In this document: positions 52,777 to 64,000 of the stretch, piece by piece | Position numbering within the stretch: the stretch's first letter is position 1 | How the letters are laid out: each line of letters starts with the position of its first letter | NCBI RefSeq assembly: GCF_009914755.1 | Contig: NC_060947.1 | Source: the human T2T-CHM13v2.0 reference genome, Homo sapiens | DNA length: 64,000 bases | Direction: 5' to 3' (one strand) | Program-made: the position numbers and the translations under genes | Notes under the pieces: model-generated | Told to the model about the DNA's origin: nothing | The model's database searches: none | Seen by the model: the letters and a program-made list of their open reading frames with translations, nothing else

Positions 52777-53827
52777 CAGTTGGTATATTTTGTAAACCAT
52801 GCCTGTGTAACCAACATCCAGCAATGAGAGTAAAAGGTGAAGTTTAGACTGTTCTCCAGAAACAAACAATCATGAAATGAGACTTGCAAAGCAAAGAATT
52901 ACACAAGTTTTTGTGTGCTGTTCGTGAAAGAAGGATTTTCTTTTATTGAAGAAGATTGTTCTCTTTGACCAAGTTTAAGAATCTATGTAAAGAAGGTAGA
53001 TAAACTGAACCAAGTAGGACAATGGAAGTCCCAGTTAGACTGACTGTCCTCATATCCACTTATGTAACTATAGGGAGAAGTCTATAATTAAATTTCAAAA
53101 TTTTGTGGCAAGATTCTAAATTCTCTGGGAGTTGAAGAGAAAGATCAGTGGGAGGTGGAGTCATTGGGAAACGTGCTTTGGGAGAGGATGAGGCTTCTGA
53201 ACCTTGCTTGAAGGGTGAGTAGAATTTGGATAGAGAGAGAGGAAAAATAGAGGAGAGTATTCTAAGCATGAGACGCAGATAGAGAGAGAGGAAGTTCTTA
53301 ATGGAAGACAGGAAAAGCAGAAGAGACCAGAATAAAACAAAAGGTACTGATAGAGGAGAATCCAGAACCAGCTGTAATAGAAACACAGTTCTGTGAGAGT
53401 ACTGGGAAGATAAATTTTATCTTGGGTGCGGACAATCTGAAGATACTTCCTGAAATAGGCTTTTGAAGTGTCTAGATAGATGGGTGAAGAGCATTCCACT
53501 GGAGAGACCCAGTGGTCTCTCCAGGGAGTGGAAGAAGCGGGAAAATACATGGCCTGTTTGGGGAATAAGGTCTCTTGAGAGTGTTGGGTTCAAGGGTGTA
53601 GTACATATAATGGGAAGTAGCATTGGAAAGATGGGCAGACATAAAGCTAGAAGTCAAGTCAGAAAAGTGTAGGGCCTTGAATGCTGTCCTAAAAAGGTGG
53701 GACCTCCTTTTGCATGGAATGTTTATAAGATCCGCTCTTCAGGAGATTATCAGGAGATTAGCAGTGTAAAGATTGCACTGGAGGAAGACAGAACAGCAGG
53801 CAGATCTGATAAAAAAAAAAAAAACTT

Positions 53828-54000
53828 TTGTGGGGTTGGGGGAGGGGGAAGGGATAGCATTAGGAGATATACCTAATGTAGATGACGAGTTAATGGGTGC
53901 AGCACACCAACACGACACATGTATACATATGTAACAACCCTGCACGTTGTGCACATGTACCCTAGAACTTAAAGTATAATAAAAAAAATATATAAAAAGA
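53828..54000 (+). mobile_element. 5'-truncated L1PA 3' end (L1PA4/5-like)
   Basis: gggatagcattaggagatatacctaatg...ccctagaacttaaagtataat; TSD aaaaaaactt. Confidence 0.93.
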
Positions 54001-54419
54001 TAAAAAAAAAACTTGTGGAGTAGGCCAGACATGAGGTGATAAACAGATATGACGGAAGAATCTCAGATATTGCAAGGCAAGAATCCAGAGGGATGGGTGG
54101 TTGACTGATCCTCCCTTTGTTTTTTATGGTCAAACTGCAGTCTGGAGACAGAGGAAAGTGGGAAAGTTGAAAACGAGACCTGATTTGGCAGAAGAAAGAG
54201 TTAGAAAAAAACAGGGAAAATAATGTGGCAGTAAGTTAGATTGGAGACACTTAGACTTTCCTAACTTGAATCGTCCTCACTGACTTTCCTTCTCCCTTGG
54301 CCACTTCTAAATTGGACCCTGATCTGCTGCTGCGAGTGTGTCTGTCACTAACACAAGGCACAATACCCTTACCAGTGATGTCTCTCTGAGAATGCCCTTA
54401 CTGGGGATGTCTATCTGAG

Positions 54420-54690
54420 AAAATCCTACTTGCACTCAAAGACAGAGTTCAAGCCTCACCTCGGAAAAAACTTTTCTGACGCCTACCATTTAGTATATAT
54501 GACTGTGATGGCATGATTGCACTAATGTTGTATCTTTGTTTTTCCATCTGTTTCCCCCACTAGACAGTAAGCTCTTCCAGAAAGAAGGGGATTTGGATCC
54601 TAATTGTCTCTTATCTGGAGCACCCAACACAGTGCCTGGTACATACTAAGCCTTAAGTTAATGCTTGATTAATATAAATAAATAAGTGGG
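54420..54690 (+). mobile_element. L2 fragment
   Basis: ccccactagacagtaagctc...cacagtgcctggtacata. Confidence 0.75.
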
Positions 54691-55981
54691 TGAGTGTGGT
54701 AGACATTCAAGCTGGGAATCTTCTAAAGTCATTAGGAAACATGAGACTGGAGCTTTAGTAATCATAGTATGAATAGGTGAGTTTTAGCCCACAGTGTTGC
54801 ACACCCATCTAAGCTAGAGACTAGTGTTGAGCTGTTCACTTACCTAACTAGGGAGGTGGCAGGGTGGCAGTTTCTATTGGTAAAGGTAGGTATGCAAAGT
54901 GTGGGTGTTCAAAAGCACTGCCTGTTTTGGATGGAGGAAGGTGACAACACCCCTTGTCTGATCATTCTTGAACTGTTCACACATAATGGTGGCTAACTTG
55001 TTTATTTTCATTTATAGTGAAATAATGTATTTCTTCCATGTTTTGTCCCCTCTTTGTTGCTTTCTTGTTCATTTTAGGACCTCAAGTATGTGTTGCCCAG
55101 TCTCTGATTTAAGTAATGAGCTTCTCTTTTCCAATTCTATTTACCATACTAGTGGCTGGGATGAAGCCTGTGGTGAATATCCTGTTTTTATCTTTTGGCT
55201 GCCTTTCAATTTAAAAAAAAAAAAATCAAGTTTATGATCAAAGTTGGTTACCCCCAGATGAGTTTCCCACGTGCATTCTCTTTCTCCTGGACCTCATGGT
55301 ACTGAATGACACAGATGAATAAGTAGATTATTCAGTCAGCTGCATTCCTAAAGTGAGTGAGTGCTTTAGGAGATAAAATAGGCACCCCCGTCCCCCTTCA
55401 AATACCTTTCAGAATTTGAATAATAGTTTCAGGTAGTTGTAGGTATACCTTTCTCAGCAAAGATCTGTGTTTAGGGTTTATGTATAGTTAAATGAGCCGG
55501 TGGAGTGGTTTCATAATTGCAGTATTGTTAGTCAAACTCTGTAATTAGAGATGACTTCATAGGCATAAGATTCTTCTATGGGTGACGCCCTGAATTCATA
55601 CCCAATTGTACACTATATCCTTTTATGAAAAAACAAACAAACAAGGTTTTGTTTGCTTTTGTTTTACTCCCTTATTTGAAAATCTGTTTTCCTGTGTCTT
55701 ATATGTTTAGTGAAGAAGGGCTGGCTTTTTTCTACAGCTTTCCCTTTTCCTTTACAGAAATGGCAGGCATAGGAGCTAAGGAGGAAACAGAATTTGGGAC
55801 AGATCAAAGTGCTTTGCAGATGAGCGAATTCAGAAAAACGTAGAGACTCCAGGAGGTTTTATTTTTGATAAGTATTAAAATTGCTGAGTTTAAATGGAGG
55901 AAAAATATATCTCTATTTCTTTGAATGTCAGTTCTCTTTCTCTCTCCCTCTCTCTCATCATGTAAATAAAGTCCGCTTTTG

Positions 55982-56129
55982 CTTGGTGGCACACATCTGT
56001 ATTCTCAGCTACTCAGGAGGCTGAGGCAGGAGGATTGTTTGAGCCCAGAAGATTGAGGCTGCACTGAGCTGAGATTGCACCACTGCCTGGGTGACAGAGT
56101 GTAACCCTGTCTCAAAAAGAAATAAACAC
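55982..56129 (+). mobile_element. Right-monomer-only Alu (FRAM/FAM or 5'-truncated AluJ)
   Basis: 16-bp TSD ataaagtcc(g/a)cttttg. Confidence 0.88.
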
Positions 56130-56719
56130 ATAAAGTCCACTTTTGTGGGAAGACAGACTGGGAAAGAGGACATATTTGAAAATCAGGGTTTTTTTCCTTT
56201 TGCCTGTCAATCACATATTGTGAAATCGGGGTTAAACTTTTATTCAGCAAGTAATACTTTCTCTTCACCTTTTTCTAGTACTCATGAAAAAATTTGCAAA
56301 TTAGGAGGAATGTGACAATATTGACAAGCTGTTAGCTATTTTGAAAAGTGATCCTAAAATATTTAAAGAAAAATTGTTGTTTGTTTGTATATCTCCTGTC
56401 TGCTCTTTAAATTGTGTTTAGAAACTGGCCTTACGGAGGAACCAAATTGAGTCATGGATAAAAAGTGACTGACAGGTTTTCCTTTAGGCCCATCCTTCTT
56501 AAATTACTTTGACTAAAGACTTGTAATTTTTATATATGAGGGAGACCTATTATACTCTGTAGTCAGTAATTATAGGGAGATGAGATAACTTTTCATTTAT
56601 CCCATGTAAAAGGCTATTAGTAGAACTAATGCCTTATATTTATTTATACAGCTCTTCACAATTAACCCAAGCATTCATTTATTCCCTATTTTCTTTCATG
56701 AAGGATTTGAAGTTGCTAT

Positions 56720-56930
56720 GTAATACTTCATAGTTCACAATATGCTGTCATACATACCATCTGTAATCTTCATTAGGACCTGGGGGAAGTAGGTATTATT
56801 ATCACTATTTTCAAATGAGGAAACTTAGGCTGAGACAGATTAATTAAACTTGCTCATGGACACATTACTAGGGAATAGCAGAACCAGAGCAATAATCGAT
56901 GCCTTCTAATTTCACGTCCAACATCTTTCT
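56720..56930 (-). mobile_element. MIR
   Basis: gtaggtattatt...aaatgaggaaacttaggctgagac. Confidence 0.75.
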
Positions 56931-57796
56931 GTTAAAACATACTACAACCTTGGGCGCGGTACAACAGCTTGGTGTACTGGTACTTGAGATTAAATGAAGT
57001 GTCTACAGGGCAGTATTGATGTCAAATCTTGTGTTTTGCTTTGTGAACCCATCCGGGATGTTTTAGTAACTTTAAGGGAAAAAAGTCCTATAGTACAATG
57101 AATGCCCCATGAAGAGGAATAGAGCTTCTGTTATTTTAATTTGTAAGATCTTTATTTTTTAATATCTTCACTCATTTCCAAGTTACTTAATGTGATGTTT
57201 TCTCTCAAGATAGTACTTTACTGCTTGACTTCCTTAAAGACACCATCAAGTACCTATGAGTAGTCTTAAGGACAGACCATTTTTTAATTCATAGTGGCAT
57301 AAAGAAATCTACATTAAACAACTTTATTTTAAGCTTCAAATGGCAAAATGTACAATTGTATCAGCTAGAGCATATATTGTGAGCTTTTTAAATTTGGCTT
57401 TATATTTTTTAGTCTTGGCCCAGGTACTTCAGAGTAGCATTTCTTTATTTCCTTTCAAATAACTGTCAATAAATGAATATGGGTTTATTTAAATTGGAAA
57501 GTCCTGCATTAAACTATTCTGTTATCCTGAAACAACCTTGTCTGGAAATACGGTTTTAAGGATATGTGCATGTTCCAATTCCTTCTTTTTGTTCTCATTG
57601 AAGTGTATCTCTTTAATGTCTCTGATAGATGGGAAATCTGAGTTACATATGCAAAGTCACTTTAGGCTTTTTAAAAGGCAATTAGAAATAAGAAACTTGA
57701 AAATTTTAAAATATATGTTTAATGCACTGGATTAATTTTTGGACTAAACTGGTGCCCTAAAATTATTTCTATGAGATCTAAGCATTTCTTAATTCA

Positions 57797-58114
<318 letters not shown>

Positions 58115-58479
58115 TAGGAAGAAAAAAAGAACTGCGTTTCTGGCCACTCTGAGAAGAAATTAATAATCCTTAAAGTCTCTAGAGACTTTTTTCTTCTAAA
58201 AAAATGGATATTTGTACCTTTTATTGCAGTCACTAATTCACTTTATGTCATATTGTAATTATTCATGTTTGCTTCGCAGATTGTAAATTCCTTGAGGGCA
58301 AGAACTAGGTGTATAGCAGATGTCTAAAATATTGGTAAAATTGTTTGAGAAGTAGCGGGGAGGGGCAGGTTGGGGAGAAAGAGATTTCTACAGGATTTAA
58401 TCAGAACCCAACTGGTCAGCAGGGATAAGGGGGGCGGGGGGCAGGAATGGTTTATGTCCAGAACCATCTTATCTAATTT

Positions 58480-58497
58480 CTTTTTTTTTTCTTTCTT

Positions 58498-58529
<32 letters not shown>

Positions 58530-58786
58530 TTTTTTTTTGCAGTGATGCACTGATGGCTCACTGCAGCCTCGACCTCTCAGGCTCAAGTGATTCTCCCACT
58601 TCAACCTCCAGAGTAGCTGGGATTACAGGCACGCACCACCACTCCTGGATAAGTTTTGCATTTTTGGTAGAGACAGGGTTTCACCACGTTGGCCAGGCTG
58701 GTCTCGAACTCCTGGGCTCAAGTGATCTGCCCGCTTTGGCCTCCCAAAGTGCTGGGATTACAGGCATGAGCCACTGCACCCAGACC
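58480..58786 (-). mobile_element. AluJ lacking its 3'-terminal ~34 nt but with a long tail
   Basis: Poly-T joined to gcagtgatgc; flanking ctaattt(t)ctttt. Confidence 0.9.
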
Positions 58787-59189
58787 TAATTTTCTTTTGC
58801 ATAGAAGTGATATGGTAGTGTGAGAGTAAGCTCAGTTGTATAGGTTTGTTTTAGTTGTTTTTTACCCACATACTTTAAATTATTACTGACTCACTATCTG
58901 CCCAAACTGGAAAGGACCTTTAGAGATAAAGGAGAGAGGCCACATGTTTTAGATTTCTGAGATGGTCTTACTTTTAAATTTTCTGTGCCATTGTTCTCCT
59001 TGGTGTGTGATTCATGGAGATGTGTAATAATTCTTTATTAAAAACATGATTGCTTAAAAGGGGTGAAGAAAATTGGAATAAATCCTATGTCGTATTTTTG
59101 TAATGGGGAGTGTTGAACATATTAGTGAAACAGAATATTTTTAGAATTACTACTATTCGTTTGCATTTAACTTACGAATTTTAAAAAAA

Positions 59190-59280
59190 AATTTTTTTGG
59201 AGGCGAGGTCTCACTATGTTTCCCAGGCTTGTCTTGAACTCTTGGCCTCAAGCAATCCTCCCGCAGTGCTGGGATTGCAG
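59190..59280 (-). mobile_element. FLAM fragment
   Basis: Partial left monomer. Confidence 0.8.
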
Positions 59281-59317
59281 TTCTTTTTATTCTTAATCTT
59301 TAAAATGCCTAACTTCA

Positions 59318-59645
<328 letters not shown>

Positions 59646-59833
59646 CAAAGCCTAACTTCATTACTAACTGAAGAACTTTCTTTCCCTCATAGATCCTGAG
59701 ATTACTCTGAAAGGTATTTTCATCCAACCTGTCTACTGAGAAGTTATCCATCTTTAGTGGCATCTTGATATCATACATAAGAAAAGTTTATGAATAGGCC
59801 AGCTTTGTTTTATATCTTTTTTAAAGAGTCTAG

Positions 59834-60145
<312 letters not shown>

Positions 60146-60729
60146 GATGGTTTTATTTAATTTTTAAAACACCAGTCACTGTATGTGTCTGTTACATTAT
60201 GGTAAAAACTTAGCTAATAGCATCATATGGTCATTTTAAAACTTCTCCAGGATTTGAGAAACCTGAGTGTGAATTCCAGTCCTGAGAGCCCAGGTCTTCT
60301 AATAGGAAAAAAAGGAGATTAGAATATTTAGCTCATAGGACTACTGTGAGGGTTTAGGAAATTAATATGCAAATGAATTTATATAATGTATTAATAATAC
60401 TTGGTGCATAGTTGTTGAAGGGATTAATTTTATTAAAGTTCTGTTTTATTGAGTGCCTTACTATGTGCCAGGGGCTGTGATAAATTCTAGAAATAGCAAC
60501 AATTCTGTGAAAAAGATAGATGTAGCCCAGCTCTCTTATGAATCCCTCCCTACCACTTCCAGCCCCTACCTCTCTATACTGAGTGTTACACTTCTTGGCC
60601 AAAACATAAGTTGGTGAGTAATTTGTTGCCTTTTAATAAAATGTCTAAAAGGGATAAATGTAAGATCTCAAAATGTATTTTGTATAGTTTGTGAAATTTA
60701 ACCCGTAGTATATTTTTTTGGAAAGGCAA

Positions 60730-61280
60730 CATCTTTAGGGCAGTGGAACTACTCTATGTAATATGTTAATGGTGGATACATGTCATTATACATTTGTCCA
60801 AACCCACAGATTATACAACACTAAGAGTGAACCCTAATGTTCACCAGAGTCTTAGGGTGGTAATGATGTAAGTTCATCAGTTGTAACAAACGTACCACTC
60901 AGGTACAGGATATTTTGGTCAATGACTGATCGAATGTATGATAGTAGTCGCATAAGATTATAATACTATATTCTTACTGTACCTTTTCTATGTTTAGATA
61001 TACGGATACCATTGCATTACAATTGCCTACAGTGTTTACTACAGTAACCTGCTGTGCCATTTGTAGCCTAAGAGGAATAGGCCATACCGTATAGTCTAGG
61101 TGTGTAGTAAGCTATACCATCTAGGTTTGTGTACGTGCACTCTTTGATGCTTGCACAATGGCAAAATCACTTGACAATGCATTTCTCAGAACACATCTCT
61201 GTCTTTAAGCAACACTTGGCTGTATTTGGGAACTCTCTGTAACTTCTGCTTGATTTTGCTGTGAACCTAAAACTACTCTA
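60730..61280 (+). mobile_element. L1MC1-like 3' end interrupted by Tigger3a
   Basis: gtggatacatgtcattatacatttgtccaaaccc...gtgaaccctaatgt; resumes with tgggaactctctgta...gtgaacctaaaact. Confidence 0.8.
60909..61222 (+). mobile_element. Tigger3a (MER7-type) TcMar element, left end eroded
   Basis: cataagattataatac...tttctatgtttagata...gcatttctcagaac...ctg followed by TA. Confidence 0.85.
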
Positions 61281-61295
61281 ATAATAATGTCTATT

Positions 61296-61440
61296 GGCCG
61301 GGTACGGTGGCTCACACCTGTAATCCCAGCATTTTGGGAGACCGAGGCGGGAGGATCCCTTGATCCCAGGAGTTAGACACCAGCTTGGGCAAGGTGGCAA
61401 GACTCTGTCTTTACAAAAAAAGAGAAAGAAATAAAGAAAA
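61296..61440 (+). mobile_element. FLAM
   Basis: Left monomer; flanking taa(t/a)gtcta. Confidence 0.87.
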
Positions 61441-61604
61441 ATAAAGTCTACCAAAAAAATAAATCAGAAGAGAGAAAAAACCCAAAACAAAAAAGGAGAA
61501 AGGAACATGTAATCATTTTCATTTTTCTTTGTCCAAAATTATTGTTATAATAGGTTTGCATTTGGAAATTATCTACTGTGATACAGACCTCCTCTCTTTA
61601 TTGC

Positions 61605-61966
61605 CAGGATCAGCAAAGTTTTTCCATATAGGTTCAGATCATAAATATTGTGTGCCAAGAGGTAAAATCAAGAATATTATGATATTAATATCAAGGATAT
61701 AATATATTATTTCTATCAGTTTTTATTGACAAAATTCAAAATATAATAATTGAGTACAATTTTTTGGTAATACAATTCTGATAAGAATAGAATTCTTTTT
61801 TTCTGGGATAACATTTCACTTAATTGGGTTCAAAGTTAATGTGCCCCCATCATCAAAATGGACTGCAAAAATTTTCCTTTAATAACCATATCCAGCTTGA
61901 GGTCATACAAAAACAACTGGTGATCCAGTTTTGGCCCACAGGCCATATGTAGTTTGCCAACCTTTG
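61605..61966. mobile_element. MER58-family hAT MITE
   Basis: TIR-like ends caggatcagcaaag / gtttgccaacctttg; subterminal ttggcccacaggcc. Confidence 0.75.
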
Positions 61967-62593
61967 TTCTGTTAGTTAAATAGATCAATAAGGCCAAATT
62001 GGAAAGGGTGTATACTCAGATAATATAATAATTTACATGCATAAGAATGTGTATATTAGCACACATGTGCATTTTTATATCAAAACCAGCTATAATTTGT
62101 TTTGTTTCCTCTTTATTCTTCCTTTAATGAGAGTGATTGATAGATGTCAGTATGCTATTTGAAAATCAATGTCTTCACAGTGAATGATTCTAAAGTGGCT
62201 TAATGGGAAAATGATACTTTCCGTGAATCATTGGTCACATAATATTGACCTTTAGCTTTGGCTCATATAACCAAGAATTTCTATTATGTAGCTTTTTCCT
62301 GTCACTGCTGGGTACTTTGGCCCTTCCTTAAACTTTTTGAATGTAATTTAAGATTTTGTCCTTAGAAGGAAAATTCAGAAATATTTTTTCTCAATAAATT
62401 TTGGTAAGTGATGACTTCTCATTTGTTTTCTTTATTAAAGCTGTATGTAGAGACATGGTAACCTATTCAGATTGTTTTGATAGTTTGAAATTCTGTTTAA
62501 ATTATCCCTAAGATGAGAACTTAGCAAGAGTGCTTATATTTATCACAATTTTTTAAAGTCTGAAACGTTTTTGGTTTTTCTTTAGATCTTTAA

Positions 62594-62666
62594 ATGGATG
62601 AGATGGCTACCACTCAGATTTCCAAAGATGAGCTTGATGAACTCAAAGAGGCCTTTGCAAAAGTTG
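62594..62666 (+). CDS. PLS3: PLS3 first coding exon (exon 62586-62666; 24 codons + 1 nt, phase-1 donor); CDS continues beyond window
   Basis: Translates to MDEMATTQISKDELDELKEAFAKV, the plastin-3 N-terminus leading into EF-hand 1. Acceptor ggtttttctttag|ATCTTTAA ATG; donor GTTG|gtgagt; in-frame TAA directly before the ATG. Confidence 0.97.
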
Positions 62667-63145
62667 GTGAGTATTTTTTGTAGTAAAACTATAGGGAAGC
62701 AATATTTATTTGGTCTCAAAGTTATTTCTCTATAAATATCACATGAATGGTTAATCAAAAACATTAGGGCAAGATAGTTAAAATAGATGGGATAAAGTTT
62801 TGGAAGCTATACTTAAAATTGTTTTATTTCTTTTTTTTTTTTTTGGTCGAGTGGTAGCTGATATTATTTCCAATTTTATGTAGTATTTAATATGGTCAAA
62901 TTTTTTAGACCACAGTTCCAATCCTTAACTGGTGACTGTTATGTATGGTTCCTGAAATTTTCATGCCAAATTTTAGTTATTATTATATTTTGTATCTCAT
63001 ATCTTTCTGAAGAGGTTTGAAACTTTCACCATATTCTCAAAGGGATATGTGACCCTCGAAAACATTAGATGATGTTTTACCCTTCCTTAATTAGTTTGGC
63101 GTTATTGACTTTTTTATGGGTTTTCTGTGCCTTTGGTTACTGCAG

Positions 63146-63264
63146 ATCGTTCTACCTCGCCACGTTAAATTATAGCTTCAGTATAAGATGAGAAGGCATA
63201 GCATGCTATTTGATTTATCCTTTATCATCATATAACATGCCTTACAATTGAGCAGCTATGGAAG
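63146..63264 (+). other. PLS3: Candidate 119-nt cassette exon in PLS3 intron 2
   Basis: Acceptor ttttctgtgcctttggttactgcag|AT; donor GAAG|gtaaat; ends in ATG GAA G, the same phase as exon 2. Confidence 0.55.
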
Positions 63265-63680
63265 GTAAATATGGAGTATTTACATTCCAAATTTTAGTGC
63301 TTGGGTCAAGTCTATAGACAATAATGAGAAAACAGGGTGAGAACAGCCTACTTATGTAAATACATGAATCAACATGTGCTTAGAGAGGTAGATTATTATT
63401 ATTTGGTATCTCCTTGACTGAAGGGTACAGAATTAGCTCATATGATGATTTGTTATGTAAATCAGAATTTGCCGTTAGACCTGTGTCGAAAATCCCATTA
63501 GTGGAAAATGAGGAAATATACATTTCTGTTCCCATATATTTATGATCAACATTTTCTATGAAGGCATTCAGTAGTAGCAGTGTACCTTGGGAAGAATAAT
63601 GACCCCAGCCAGAGTGACCATTCATAATCCCATCAAAATTTTAACTAGAAAAAACTGAATATTCCTGAATCTAACATGAT

Positions 63681-63710
63681 CGCGCGCACGCGCGTGTGTG
63701 TGTGTGTATA
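63681..63710. repeat. Alternating purine-pyrimidine (CG)n/(TG)n tract
   Basis: cgcgcgcacgcgcgtgtgtgtgtgtgtata. Confidence 0.9.
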
Positions 63711-64000
63711 AAAATAGCAGTTAATTACCTTGCCATGGATACCACTTACTGTAAGAAAAATGCTACATAGTTTAATATATAACAGCAAGTGAATTCTTGG
63801 CTGCAAGAGTTTTTTTTTTTCAAAATGACTCTCATTCAGTCAAAATAGTCTTATAATTGTTTTAGGAGTGCATTTTTGAACCTTTTTTAAAATTTATATT
63901 CATCTTTCAGCATTAGCAGCAGCTTAATTTGTTATTTATGAATAGAATTTCAGAGTAGGCACCATGCCTTATTAAGTACTCATCTCCTCAAGTAAATGCT

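Noticed and set aside
61680-61693. Perfect 14-bp palindrome tgatattaatatca
   Set aside because: AT-rich, inside a decayed MITE, and expected by chance.
63440-63660. ATGATGA as a C box of an intronic C/D snoRNA
   Set aside because: The nearest downstream CTGA is over 200 nt away, and I see no terminal stem.

Overview
Primate, most likely human, genomic DNA: Alu-rich, one CpG island, no prokaryotic features. It holds the 5' half of PLS3 (plastin-3/T-plastin, X-linked) on the + strand. The non-coding first exon lies in a CpG-island promoter (~13539-13625). Intron 1 (~49 kb) contains a second candidate promoter/first exon (~45840-45981). The first coding exon (62586-62666) encodes MDEMATTQISKDELDELKEAFAKV. 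Splice signals also support a spliced antisense transcript starting near 15100 and crossing the PLS3 promoter (PLS3-AS1-like), and a 119-nt cassette exon in intron 2 that stops the main ORF but supplies a new in-phase ATG. The rest is roughly 50 Alu/FLAM elements, two ERV1 solo LTRs, L1/L2/MIR relics and hAT/Tigger DNA transposons. I see no convincing new multi-gene system. The most interesting signals concern RNA processing and retrotransposition or repair history. The supplied ORF track is essentially repeat-derived noise. Repeat subfamilies are called by eye from remembered consensus sequences, and their boundaries are approximate.
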